Shown here: positions 1 through 16,000 of the stretch, one piece after another
Layout: every line of letters starts with the position of its first letter
Numbering within the stretch: position 1 is the first letter of the stretch
Assembly (NCBI GenBank): GCA_964016885.1
Contig: CAXHJY010000030.1
Coordinates: 1-39,597, forward strand
Reading direction: 5' to 3'
DNA: 39,597 nucleotides
Source of the DNA: Eledone cirrhosa
Lineage: Eukaryota
Position numbers and translations under genes: made by a program
Notes under the pieces: model-generated
What the model saw: only the letters and a program-made list of their open reading frames with translations
Database searches by the model: none
Told to the model about the DNA's origin: nothing

Positions 1-382
1 TATTCTTATCTACGAGGAAATCGAAATATCACAAATATACATCAATAACATTAATTTATATGAATTAATAAACAAGACATCAAATTTAAATGTAATTGTC
101 ATATGCTAACAACACATTTATAAAAAAGAATATTTATTTATTATATTTTCAAGAAACAATTTAATCAAAGTTTGCTGTAAACTTTTACTTTCACGATGAG
201 ATCTATTATTGTACTACTTCGAGACAGAATGTAAACATATTTCGGTGGTACAGAGAAGAAACAATGATTAGAAAATATTTTACACACTACAAAAGAATGA
301 AGAAGCCGGTGAGTATATTGTCCATCATACATTTACTAATATGTGCCAATATATATTAATTGGAATAGTAAATAAATAACAA

Positions 383-413
<31 letters not shown>

Positions 414-641
414 AAATGTTTGTGGATAAATTATAAATTCTTCAAAAGGATGTAATAATCATGGTTATTTGCTGCTACTTTATTTAGTCAAGTAATGATT
501 GGTGTATTAAAAATGTTGATAACCTACTAAGAGACAGGTATGGTTGTGTGACTAAGGCTTGGGCTTCGTAAAGAAGGCGGATCAGGTTCGGGCTTCCATT
601 CTATCCTCCCGATCATCAATGAATTTTGAGTGACGCAAGGT

Positions 642-642
642 T

Positions 643-685
<43 letters not shown>

Positions 686-896
686 TTTAAGTGCCGAAAC
701 ATCTATAATCTGCAGTTAACAGCTGATGAAGGGGTTCTTCTCTTGTTTCATCCATATTATCATCTTAAACTTTGTTTACGGTAATCACATAGCCCGCTTC
801 GTTTCTTGTAATTATATATATATTGGAAAGGTAAATATCAACAACAAGGAGTACAGTTACGAAAGGTGTTACGTATTAGGTGCACGCTTAAGAGTG

Positions 897-991
<95 letters not shown>

Positions 992-1013
992 TGTGTACAT
1001 ATGTGTGTACGTT

Positions 1014-1098
<85 letters not shown>

Positions 1099-1112
1099 TA
1101 TACGTATACAAG

Positions 1113-1145
<33 letters not shown>

Positions 1146-1166
1146 TTGTGTGTGTGTATGTGTGTT
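642..1166. repeat. Compound (TA)n/(TG)n/(CA)n microsatellite cluster with a short unique spacer
   Basis: Dinucleotide runs at ~642-685, 897-985 and 1014-1166 are read directly. They explain the [12 protein letters not shown] ORFs. Confidence 0.95.
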
Positions 1167-2023
1167 TGAAATCAACGTGTTCATTTACCGTTACTTTATT
1201 TAATCCACCAATGAGAGATGTAGTAAAGTGTTGATAACATACTTGGTGTAGTGAACAAAGGAGTTTTAATTAATTACTGTACTGGTGTGAAAATCATTAT
1301 TTTAATGATTGTTTCGAGAGATAGAATGTGACAGACACTGCTATAATCGGAATTAATTAAAATTATATACAGATTGCAGAGATTGTATGAGTGACACAGA
1401 TATTTCTCATACAGTTATTAACACAATGAGGCCAGGTTACTAGTTAGAAACTAATACTTCACCAGAAATATATATTTATTTCCAGCAAAAGACTTTATCC
1501 ACTTCTAATTTCATCACAAGATAAGCGAATATATATCCGGGGGTGGGGGTGGGAGTGATATCTATGGACAGAGGAAGACGTAAAGAAATATATCTAAGTC
1601 AATTATATCAACTCCAGTACTTGATGGGTATTCTATTTTAATAAAATACAGAGCACAAAAAATGAGTACGATTCAGTAAATATTTTGCCAACCACCGCAA
1701 TTTTTCAAACATAATAACCCACCGATCTCGTATATTTCACCGAAAATAGTAACTAAATTAAAAAGAAGATTAATATATACAAATACACCTACACAGAAAT
1801 AACCTCCATTACACTCACAAGGTAAATTTCCCTCTGTATTTAATGTTATGAATCAGATTTTAAAGAAGAAATACAAATGGTATTGTATATCAATGTCCAT
1901 GTTTAAAATTTTAGTAGTATACATTTTCATTATTTAATATCTGATATTTATTAATTATTATTATCGTTGTGTTATTTTCAGCGAAATTTACTCTTTTGCT
2001 CTTTCTGAATGCCTGGAGTTTAA

Positions 2024-2243
2024 CCCTCTAGCATTTAAACCGGCCATATCCGGCCGAAGTTTTCTCACCTCTTTCTCTTCAAACTGGCTGTAACTGGCCA
2101 CTCATACTGATGTTAAGGTAATTTTCTCAAAATAAATAATATCAAAATCTCATAGATTTGATATTATGTGAGATATTATGTAAGGTAATGTCTTTACTAC
2201 AATAATACAATAATATATATAGAGTAATGTAATTGCTAAAGGG
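2024..2243. mobile_element. piggyBac-type MITE (220 bp, non-autonomous)
   Basis: TTAA at 2020-2023 and 2244-2247. Imperfect terminal inverted repeats CCCTCTAGCATTT / AATTGCTAAAGGG match at 11 of 13 positions. CCC...GGG ends with a TTAA duplication are the piggyBac signature. Confidence 0.8.
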
Positions 2244-2439
2244 TTAAAAAAAATAATGGTTCCTAACTTAGACACAAGACTAACATTTTTTGTGGGGAAG
2301 GAATGTTGATTAAATTGAACCACAGTATTATAGCTGGTTCTTTCCTTTATAAATCTTGATATAATGAAAGTTAAGTCGGCCTCAACAAGATTTGGAATTA
2401 GGATACAGAGCCAGAAGAGATACAACGTTTTAAAAGTTT

Positions 2440-2600
2440 CGCCAATCGAGCACTATTGAACTAATACTTTTTATATCGACCCCGAACCGAAAACAGGAAG
2501 GTAAATAAGACCCCCTGCAGATGTGAACTTAAATTCAGAGAGTTTGAACAAATACATCATATTATTAATCGAAAATATTAACGACGCTGCAAATTCATCA
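2440..2600 (-). mobile_element. Degenerate SINE remnant
   Basis: ATATCGACCCCGAA...GGAAGGTAAA...GACCCCCTGCAGATGTGAACT is a decayed reverse complement of the SINE core seen at 3534-3600. Confidence 0.45.
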
Positions 2601-3094
2601 TCGATTACAGTTCATATTTCTGATATTTGGTGTAAAATGTTAGTTTTGCCCTGTCAACATCAATGGAACTGATAAAACTGACTTCTTTATACTAATGCTA
2701 GAATATGCATCTAAGGACCGTTAAATCCTCCCGATGGGGTCTCAGAAGCACCGTAGATATATACTTGGACGTGTAAAACCTGGTGGAGCCGATCCTCGCC
2801 AGCTCTGAAAACTGCTGATATCTTACAGAGAAGAGAAGAACGATTGAGATGACGTGAGAAAAGGAAAAAATCATCCCAATGCAGAGAACGTTTAGTAATT
2901 TAAAGTTGACAGGATTTCAATTCAGAGTGACCATAGCAAGAATGGATCTCGCAAAGCAGCTAATCCAACATTCTAACTACTCTGACAAATCGCTGCATGA
3001 GATAATGTCTATATTATATGTTTGAAACATAACAATAGGGTAGTATTGAACCTCTACTCCCCCTAAATAAACATAATATTTTTTTCTGTCAGGG

Positions 3095-3160
3095 ATCCGT
3101 AACATATATCGTAAGACATTTAATCTGACACGTTAACGATTCTGCCAATACGCCGCCTTT
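3095..3160 (-). mobile_element. SINE 5' head remnant
   Basis: The reverse complement reads AAGGCGGCGTATTGGCAGAATCGTTAACGTGTCAG. From memory this resembles the tRNA-derived head of abundant cephalopod SINEs; no search was run. Confidence 0.45.
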
Positions 3161-3533
3161 TCTACTCAAATAATCTTATATGTATATGTGAAATATCGGA
3201 TTAATTCCTCTCATTACTCTCACATTATTAGTCCTCATTTCATTTATATCCTGATATAAGTGGCAAACGCAGGTGTGATGTTAGATTGAGATATTATGTG
3301 CAAGATATTGAATGCCAAAATTTAAACCATCAACTCTAATTGGTTTATTTTAAATAAAAATATTTGTGTAGCTTAGAACTACAATCTAGAAATAATTCAA
3401 AATACATTTCAGAAATAATCAGAAGTATATTTTATATTTGATAATAATTTCTTCTTTACATGACTACTATTGTTTGATATTCAACAGTTATCATATAATA
3501 CAATTTCATCCTTTTATTATTTTATGTGTGATG

Positions 3534-3648
3534 AGTTCAAATCCCGCCGAGGTTAACTTTGCCTTTCATCCTTACAGGGTCGATAAAATAAAGTACCAGT
3601 AATGTACTGGTAATTGCTGGCCTTGTGCCTAAAGTAGAAACAATTATG
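3534..3648 (+). mobile_element. 5'-truncated tRNA-derived SINE with 12-bp target-site duplication
   Basis: B-box-like GAGTTCAAATCCC followed by GCCGAGGTTAACTTTGCCTTTCATCC...GGGTCGATAAAATAAAGTACCAG. It is flanked by the direct repeat TTATGTGTGATG at 3522-3533 and 3649-3660. Confidence 0.75.
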
Positions 3649-3664
3649 TTATGTGTGATGGGAT

Positions 3665-3805
3665 CGCTGATGCAGCGAATTGCCAGAGTCTTTAGGAGGC
3701 CGGGTTGAATGTTTTATGTTATTCGATTCTGCATTCTGTGTTCAGAATGTAGATTTCGAGAACATCGATAAACACAGTACTTGTCCAATACTGGCGTCGA
3801 TACTC
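3665..3805 (+). mobile_element. Highly degenerate SINE remnant
   Basis: Weak similarity to the same SINE head and body (GCGAATTGCCAGAGTC...TCGATAAACACAGTAC...ATACTGGCGTCGAT). Confidence 0.35.
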
Positions 3806-4573
3806 CCTTTACATCTCCTTCGTACTTCCTCTCTGTCGATCTCCTCTTCTTCTAACTCAAAATATTTCAACTGTGTTCGGGCCTGGTGATAGATGGGCTC
3901 CTCCAAGTATAAATACCGCCGACTACTCCATTAGCTCTTAAAGTCATATAAATGTTTAAACCTCCAAAACAAGTTTGATTAGTTAAACATTTCCCTCCGC
4001 TCTCAGGAAGTTGCATCTTGGTAAGTGTATTTACCTTAATCTCGGCGCTTCCTAGGATCTCTGGATTAAATTGTGTCGATGGAAACTCACGGATGGATTA
4101 TAACTGTAGATCATCTCTGTCAAATATCATGCCACACTGTTTCGCCTTACGGTCAGTGATTCAAATTGTTATCGTTGTTTCTTATAAAGCGACAGTATAC
4201 AAATGGGTTTAATGCCAGGTATCAAATATTTTGACAAATTAGATCTATGTGCAATTCTTGAACATATGTGCCATCCATTCATAGGTCGTTCGAATAGATA
4301 TCAGTCAGGCACCTTAATCGAATTGCATCAATTATACTCAACCCCTCGCAATGTTTGATCTTAGAGCTGAAATGTCAAATGTGTTCTTTCGTTAGATGGA
4401 AAATAGAGGAGGCATATTATAAATATTTTCGGTAATATTCTTCTTGTAATCTAAAGAGATTATATAAACGTTACATTACATATGGTGACATGAAACTTAT
4501 AAATTTTGTTTTGAGTAAATTCAGACAGGATGTATGTATACATGTGTTACCAGTAGCGGTGAGAAGTGACAAA

Positions 4574-4755
<182 letters not shown>

Positions 4756-4846
4756 ATGAAAGTTAGAGTTAACAACTCTCACTGAAACCCTGTAATGAAT
4801 AAGCTCGAAGCATAAATACTGAGCCGTATAATAATAATATATATAT

Positions 4847-5121
4847 GTAGTAAGAAACACAGTAAACCGTGTGTCTAATATTACGAGGGTTGAAAGACCA
4901 CATTTGTTTGAAATATTTAACCAAATTTATCTGTTACAAACACACTCTGGGCGAAACAGATTATCCATAATCTGTCCGAGAGATATAATTGTTATTGAGG
5001 CGGTTTGTATAATATAATTTTACTTTATTTTATCATTCTGTCTGCTTCTTGGTTAAATATTTCAAACAAATGTGGTCTTTCAACCCTCGTAATATTAGAC
5101 ACACGGTTTACTGTGTTTCTT

Positions 5122-5126
<5 letters not shown>
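4847..5126. mobile_element. Fold-back element, probably an inverted PLE pseudo-LTR remnant inserted in (TA)n
   Basis: Perfect 78-bp inverted arms at 4847-4924 and 5049-5126. The loop holds the 3' half of a hammerhead (GAAA-CAGATTAT-cc-ATAATCTG-TC, 4953-4976). TA runs lie on both sides. Confidence 0.65.
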
Positions 5127-5187
<61 letters not shown>

Positions 5188-5194
5188 ATATATA

Positions 5195-5570
5195 TAAAGA
5201 ATGATTAACAAAAGAGATAGACATCATAAAAAGGCAATTTAATCCAAGTGTTTACAAATGTTTCTTTAGTAGTTACACAGCCTAGTCATGCTATATGCAA
5301 ATTATTAGTTGTGTAACTTTAGTAGTGTGTAACTACTAAAGAAACATTTGTATCCCCTTGGAATAAATTGCCTTTTTATGATGTCTATTTGTTTTGTTAA
5401 TCATTCTTTAGCTACACTCCGGAATATAAAAGAATCGAAAACCAAGTTTCTTTAACAGTTCTTTTGTAACTCGTTGAGTAACCCCTCACCGTACGTCGAC
5501 TCTATCTAGTGTAGTAATTAACCATTACTGCATTCAGGATAATCCTAAGCATTTCTTGCATAACCTAATA
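5195..5570. mobile_element. Inverted plus direct pseudo-LTR end fragments and tail of PLE family 1
   Basis: 5195-5299 is the reverse complement of ~8184-8288. 5326-5410 is a direct copy of ~8204-8288. 5497-5570 is the reverse complement of 6027-6100. Confidence 0.75.
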
Positions 5571-5596
5571 TATATATATATATATATGGGGGGGGG

Positions 5597-5628
<32 letters not shown>

Positions 5629-5677
5629 CTGAGCGTGTGTGTGTCTGCCTGTGTTTCCTGTGTGTATATATGTAATT

Positions 5678-6014
<337 letters not shown>

Positions 6015-6026
6015 TATATATATATA

Positions 6027-8687
<2,661 letters not shown>

Positions 8688-8806
8688 TGGTAGCTAAGAT
8701 GCTTCCATAGGCGGTATAACGGATAAGCACTCTATGCTCTTACAAAGCAGAGTATGCTATAATATAAAACGAAAAATCAGTGATGCATCTGAACTCAATT
8801 TATTGT

Positions 8807-8894
8807 GTGTTACAATTGTTTCGCCGGCGGACAGCTCGTGACGCGATCATTGTGTGGATCTATTTGATTCTGGAAACGCAGGTTCGACGGACAC
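8807..8894 (-). ncRNA. Hammerhead-like motif with variant core (left-arm copy)
   Basis: Reverse complement of the motif at 18356-18443, followed by AATAAA on the minus strand. Confidence 0.35.
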
Positions 8895-9124
8895 GTCTAA
8901 TGATTTCGGACCATATTCTCTCACTGGGGTATCTGACCCTCTGAGCCAGTACCGTCCTAAATTTCATCCTATTCGCGCGTCCAGTGATTGGCCGCTGGTT
9001 GTCTACGTCATCATACTTCTGACCACAGGTACCAGTCCGCTGTTCAATATCTGCTTCACTTCAATGAATTACTGCTGTTTGGTAGTTCACACATCCACGC
9101 GCGCACTCACACACACACACACAC

Positions 9125-9171
<47 letters not shown>

Positions 9172-9639
9172 ACATAGATAACGACAGTCGTACGCATAGA
9201 CTCCCGCTATACCCACACGTTAAGGAGAACATATAAACCTATAAACATACTCATACATTCATCCAGAAATGCACGTACATACACAGACTCATGCCCACAA
9301 GCCTATATACGTCAACACGCACACACACATGCTCATACACATGCATACACGTATATATACACGTACACACAAACACGTACAGACACCTCCTTCACCGACG
9401 CACACACACATACACACACGTACCCATATATACGCGCAGAAATAGACACTTGCTCGCAAACACGCTTATATATATACACACACACAAACAAGCCCTTTCC
9501 CTACAGGTGTGCTTGTACACACACACACATCCACACATAGGCCCAGATATACTCATACAAATATGCGCATATTCCCATACACACCCACGCACTCATAAAA
9601 ATATATATATATATTAACCTAAAGACACTCCACCAGACA

Positions 9640-9983
9640 TGACAACTGCTGCAGACTAGCCAACTGCCTTATCAACGACACAGACCTATGCCACCAGGCT
9701 TACGTCGTATACAGACTAGAGTATGCCAAATTGCAACAACTTCTACGTAGGTAGCACCACCAGACCACTCCACATAAGAATAAAAGAACACCTCAATACT
9801 AACGCTTCCTCATTTAAGAAACACCTAGTTAAATACAAAAACACCGACAAAACCATAACAGTTAGGATAGAAACTAAGGAAAGAAACCCCGGCAATCTCA
9901 GAATTAAGGAAACACTAATTATAGACAAAACACAACCACCAATTAATAATAGACTAGAACTCAACACCCAATTTATAACTTGA
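9640..9983 (+). pseudogene. PLE GIY-YIG endonuclease domain (frameshift near 9722)
   Basis: CRLANCLINDTDLCHQAYVVYRLE/PNCNNFYVGSTTRPLHIRIKEH...LRIKETLII...QPPIN matches the VVY...YVG...R..EH...E...N GIY-YIG pattern. Confidence 0.85.
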
Positions 9984-10440
9984 TAGAGCTCCTTGCCCCA
10001 CATTTGCACACACACCCCCACACACACGCACACATGTACGCACACACACACACACACACACACGCTTACACCTCCACTTATTCTCTCTCACACATACACA
10101 CACAAAACCAGTTCTAACACGAGATAACATCTATCCCCCACATTTACGTATAGACATATCTTCTCACACTCACACACTCACACACACACACTCACATACT
10201 TACACCTTCATGCATTGTCCCACACACTTAAACAGGCATGTATTCTCCCACACACTTAAAGAGGCATGTATAAAGAGGCATGTATAAAAAAATAAACAAA
10301 AAAAAACCCTCTTAAAGGGAGACTACTCTTTATCCACCTAATCTTAACTCTTTGACATTAGAGATATAATAGATACTCTATACCATTTCCTGTCAGCATG
10401 ACTTGGCAAGCTATTTAGAACACTGGTTTGACAACTTTAC

Positions 10441-10478
10441 TCCCTCTGAAGAAGAGATATTATCTCGAAAATGTAGGA
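10441..10478 (+). ncRNA. Minimal hammerhead ribozyme remnant in the family-2 pseudo-LTR
   Basis: tccct-CTGAAGA-a-GAGATA-t-TATCTC-GAAA-atGTA-gga followed by AATAAA. The core and stem II are intact; stems I and III are degraded. Confidence 0.55.
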
Positions 10479-10610
10479 CATTTAAATAAATCTAAGGTAA
10501 AAGACTAATTGTCAACAATATCTTTTGCATTTGCATTCTTTATTCTATGTCCATACCTGCATTGTTTTGGCTTTATTATACATATACAAACGTTTATATA
10601 TATCTATCTA

Positions 10611-10654
<44 letters not shown>

Positions 10655-11471
10655 AACAGAATATACACACAAATTCATATAAAGATACACAATGGGTTTA
10701 CATGAAAGGATGCATGTTGTTATAAATATGTACACATATAAAATATACGTACATACACACACACACATATATATATATATACATACATATACGTATATAC
10801 ATATATACAAAAAAATATATAAAATATAAAATATATTAAAAATATACATATAACGGCACATAGAGATACACAGTGTGCTATACATGAACGGGTGCGCCCA
10901 GTTGTATGTGTCTACAGAGATGTTGTTACGTTGCGAACATGGATCAATCCACGTATGGAATCTCCACGCAAAGCCACATAATGGGCGTCCATGGTATTCC
11001 AGTACATAGTATGCGCAGACCGCACAAAGAAATTGCGTGCAGAATATATATAAAAAAGAAGGAACGTGTATGCATATGAGATAGTACACAAGAGAAGTAT
11101 GAGATACACACGTGGGTCTTTATGCGGAAAATACATTAGATGTTACAAAATGGAATACGTGGAGAGTATGCACTCTCTATTGGAAAAATACACATACAGG
11201 GGGGGTGATTAGACCGGCCATACTGGAGTATGTCAATGTGCTTGAGGTATAGTGTCTTATAGGTGTAAGGCATTTGCCTGCATATCAATGGAATCCGGGT
11301 CAACCTGTCCCAGCTCAGGCGATGTTCTTGTCTAGGGTGATGTGCAGAGTCGGGTGGGCATCCTGGGTTACTTCGGCTTACCCCACGGAACATATATATT
11401 CAACAGGGTATGGTTTCTGATCTCTTGAACCCGTTTCGTCGTTCTGGTCGGCGTGCGCTCCGCCGCATCTT

Positions 11472-11920
11472 TTAGCTTGGTCTGCCCGGTGGATTCCATG
11501 CGGAGAGTGTGCACCTTCTCTGTTGTCTGCACATCATGATTATTTCCGATTTCATGTTGACCGCATCATCCTTCAGTCTGACTATCTCCATGGCCTCGGA
11601 TAGGCATAGCCTACACTTTCTATTTCCAGCCGAATATGCATTCTCGTGCCGAACAATACTCCAGTTAATGGCATACGGGGTGCCTTTGTCTTTCAAGTGC
11701 CACACCAGGTCCGCCAGCCTAGTAGAGTGCCTCTTTATCCGATCCGTGAAAGAGTTCGTGTGGTTATACATCCGCGATTTAAAGGTCGTGAATGTTGCAC
11801 CGGTGTAGGTACGCTTTATATTGTGCGTGCTAACCACACATTTATATACCAGGCCCTTCGTTAAACATCTTCCCTGCAAGGGCACTGTGTGTCCGCTCTA
11901 CAGTTGCAGGTTCTATCTTA
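11472..11920 (-). pseudogene. PLE family-3 Cys linker plus GIY-YIG endonuclease, 5'-truncated
   Basis: CPLQGRCLTKGLVYKCVV...TYTGATFTTFKSRMYNHTNSF...W...KCRLCLSE...CRQQRR. Confidence 0.85.
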
Positions 11921-12024
11921 TATTGTTCGTTTCGGATGCCTGGCCCTTGATCTGCCAGGGCCCTCTCCCGATTCTCTGGGTGTTGTTCTGCCGACACGGT
12001 GGTTCCCCTCCGCCACTCATTTCC

Positions 12025-12249
12025 TTGAAAGACAAAGACACTCCGTATGCCCTTAAATGGAGTATCGTTCGGCATGCGAATGCATATTCGGCTGGAAATA
12101 GAAAGTGTAGGCTATGCCAACCCGAGGCCATGGAGATAGTCAGACTGAAGGATGACGCGGTCAACCTGAAATCGGAAATAATCATGATGTGCAGACACCA
12201 GAGAAGGTGCACACTCTCTGCATGGAATCCACCGGGCAGCCCAAGATAA
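12025..12249 (+). pseudogene. Inverted partial copy of the family-3 endonuclease C-terminus
   Basis: LKDKDTPYALKWSIVRH...WNPPGSPR, with about 10 amino-acid differences over 74 residues from the minus-strand copy. Confidence 0.85.
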
Positions 12250-12574
12250 AAGCATGGGGCGGAGCGCAGGCCGACCAGAGCAGCGAAACGGGCTCAAGAG
12301 ATCAGACACCATAACCTGTTGAATATATATGCCCGTGGGGTAAGCCGAAGTAACCCAGGATGCCCACCCAACTCTGCATGTCACCCTAGGCAAGAACATC
12401 GCCTGAGCCGGGACAGGTTGACTCGGATTCCATTGATATTCAGTCAGATGTCAATAAGACACTATACCTCAACCACAGTGACATACTCCAGTATCGCCGG
12501 TCCACGCACCCCCCTGCATGTGTATTTTTTCAATAGAGAGTGCATACTCTCCACGTATTCCATTTTGTAACACC

Positions 12575-12774
12575 TTTAGACGACGAGTATTTGTGTATTT
12601 ATGACTTGCAAAAATACACAGAAGAATACGAATGGCTTGTGCGTGTTTGTACAATCAGCTCCAAGAAAAATGCGTGTTGTCGCTCTGCACTCCTTTGCCG
12701 GAGGGTCTGTGTTATTTTTATGACGTCCGTTTGTGACGTCAGAGCTATCACACCACAGATTTCGCTTCGCTACA
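12575..12774 (-). repeat. Gypsy 3' LTR
   Basis: Direct repeat of 16895-17094 with 7 substitutions counted by eye. The minus strand reads TGTAG...CTAAA. Confidence 0.92.
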
Positions 12775-12790
12775 TATAGTCCTCCTCCAG
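12775..12790 (-). other. Polypurine tract
   Basis: Minus strand GGAGGAGGACTATA immediately before the TG of the 3' LTR. Confidence 0.75.
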
Positions 12791-13041
12791 ATGACCAATC
12801 GTTGAAGAAGAAAACGTATGTAGTGAGAAGCAAGGCAAAGATAGGTAATAAACAAAAGAAATGTTTGCACTAGCAGCAAACAAAAGGCAAGGCACTCAAA
12901 AATGTAACAACAGAAACATGCAAAACAATCAATAAAATGCAACATATCGTAAGAAAGACAAAAGCAAAGGACTGCAACAAGGGCAGCTTAAATGTACACA
13001 GTTTAACACAGTTTGTTTCCAAAAAGGATCCAATGGCCAGT

Positions 13042-16000
13042 TCATATAATAAAAGTTTGGAAGAGTTCTTTGGGCCAGTGGACTCTTCGACCGGAACGAG
13101 TCGTGGTCTTGTATCTTGGTAATGGACGGGCCAAAGAAACAGGTGTGTGTGCAAAAGAGAAAGATGGGGGTGTATGTGGCTCAGGTGTGTGAGCATCTGT
13201 GTGGGCCCGTTTAAGTCTATCAACCGCAATGGTCTCTCTGGATCCCTTAATGTCTACAGGGAAATGTTTAACAGAACGAGCCAACACACAGTAGGGTCCA
13301 GAGTACGGTTGTGTGAGAGGCGGTCTCACAGCATCGTTTCTTACGAACACATGGGTCCACGAGGCAATATCCCTCGGGACTGCAGTTTTACAGTTTGTTT
13401 CCTCGTATCCATCGGCGGTAGGTCCTGAAAATAAGAACGCAGACGGGATACGTAGGAGAGCGGATCTTGTGCAGCAAGATCGACAGGGGCAAGCATTTGC
13501 CCAGGCAACGCTAGAGGAGCACCATACAATAATTCGGCCGGGGAGAACCCAACGTCCGCCTTTATTGATGACCGAATCCCCAACACACAATAGGGAGGTA
13601 CTCGCTCCAACGCATGGAGTCAGGAGACGTCTGTAGAGTGGCTTTTAGTTGTCGGTGGAAGCGCTCCACCATTCCATTAGAGGCAGGATGGTATGCAGTC
13701 GTTCGGATGCGTTTAGCGCCGATGATTTTCGTTAATTCATGGAAGAGATTCGATTCAAACTGCTTTCCACGGTCCGTGGTAATTGACGTTGGTACTCCAT
13801 ATCGAGCGATCAATCTAGACACAAGGGCACGCGCTGTCGTCTCAGCAGTGATATCTGTCAAGGGGATGGCTTCAGGCCATCGCGAAAAACGATCGAAAAC
13901 AGTCAATATGTAATTATGACCACCGCTGATTGGCCAAGGTCCCACGATGTCCACATGAATGCGGCGGAAACGGGCGTCCGGTGTACACAAATTACCGAGC
14001 GGAGCCTTAACGTGTTCATGGATTTTCGATTTCTGGCAAGCGATGCAGGAACGGCACCACGCAGTAATATCGCGCATCATATTTGACCAGAAGAATCTGG
14101 CTGTTATGAGCTTTACTGTGGCAGAAGATCCTGGGTGGGAAATGCTGTGTAAAACAAGAAACACAGTACGATGATGGTTTAGCGGGACGAATGGTCTCGG
14201 TGAATCCACGGAAACGTCGCAGAGAATCTGTCCGTCTGCGGTGAGCAATGGTAGGTATTTCAAATTACTCGTCGCAAATTCGGCAAATGTAACATCCAAC
14301 GATTCCAGTGCAGGTTGGTCTGCTGCCAAGTGATTTAAATCGTTGTAGTGGGATGACGCATTTAAACTGATGGGCAATGGAGACAGAGCGTCAGCCGCTG
14401 TGTTCAATGAGCCTGGAATGTGTTGGATATCGTTTGTGAATTGCGAGATACAGTCGAGATGCCTTGTTTCTCTGGGCGAGTACTTGTCGGACTTTGCTCT
14501 TAAAGCGAAGGTCAGTATAGATTGTAAAACACCTTCCTTTGAGCATATGTTAACAATGTTTCACAGAAAGGTAGATGGCTAACAGCTCCCGGCAAAAGGT
14601 GCTGTAGCGAGTTTCTGCAGGCTTCAACTTCCTGGAGAAAGATTCCAATGGTTGTTGGTGATCGTCACTACTCTGCTGTAAGACTGCACCCACTGCAGTA
14701 TCCAACGCATCAACACAAAGCGACAGCTTGGCATTGGACACTGGGTGGGCCAGCAAAGATACACTAGCCAATGCTGATTTGGCTTTTTGAAAATCCTCGA
14801 GCTGAGTCTGAGTCAAAGAGATGTCCTTATTTTTCTTGCGGCAATTTTTCAGAATCTCAGTAAGAGAGAAGAGTAGATTAGCACAATGCGGAACAAAACG
14901 TCTATAGACATTTATCAGTCCTAGGAATTGTCGCAACTGACGAAGTGAGGTCGGCGGAGGTAAATCCCCTATAGCCTGAACTCGTTGAGGGAGGGGGCGA
15001 ATACCCTCGGAGTCAATGACATGACCTAAAAGATTCAGCGATTCCGCACCGAAAACACATTTTGTGGTATTTATTTGAACACTGTAATCCTTGAGTCGAT
15101 AAAACAAAAGATTCAAATGACGTATGTGTTCTTCTCTGGAGGAACTAGCAATAAGCAGATCATCAATATAAGTGCAGACGAAGTCAAAACCACGAGTGAA
15201 CTCATCCATGAACCGTTGAAAGGTTCTAGCAGCATTCCTAAGTCCGAAAGGCATGGTAAGAAATTCGAATGATCCAAATGGAGTCGTAATGGCCGTTTTC
15301 GGAATATCTTCTTTCTTGACAGGAATCTGATGATAGGCTCGCACCAGATCGAGCTTAGAGAATATTTAATATCCCTGCAATGACGGTGTGGAATAGGATA
15401 TCTATCCGGGACAGTTATAGCATTTAACTTCCTATAATCCCCAGTCGCCAGAAGTCTTGGGTACCATGTGCAACGGAGAAGCCCAAGAGCTCGTAGAAGG
15501 GCGAATTATGCCTAGCTGCAGCATGTGGTCGAACGTGAGAACACTGGGGCGCCAGTTGTATAGATAAAATGCTCCGTTGTGTGAGTCGGTTCGACAACTC
15601 AAAAATTTCCCTGAGTAAGCTGTGGGAATGAATTCAGCAATGCATGATAGGGATTCCCAGCATTAGCGATGAAAAAGGTCGGGCTAACCGTTGGAAAATT
15701 AGCTTTCTGGCCACGAAGAGAAAAACCAGTAATGTCGTCTACTAGGCGTCGGCCACGGACGTCCACCGTCAATGCAAAATGGTGTAGAAAATCCGCCCCC
15801 AAGATCGGATATGGTAAGTCAGCAACCGTTAAAATCCATTTGAATTCTCGTCGAAGATTTCTGAATTGCAGAGGAAGCGAGATTTGTGCAAAAGTCCGTA
15901 TCGGCGAATGATTGACGACTCAGAAGGAGTTACTGTCATACACTTGACAGGCCAAACACTGCACGAAGCTCCTGTGTCTACGAGGAAGGCTCTTCCAGAC

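Larger units (their letters stand above)
9615..10600 (+). mobile_element. Penelope-like element family 2, 5'-truncated, nested in a (TA)n tract of the family-3 left arm
   Basis: GIY-YIG remnant, CA-rich 3' region and a hammerhead motif. The equivalent site in the right arm (~17652-17690) is an uninterrupted TA run. Confidence 0.8.
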
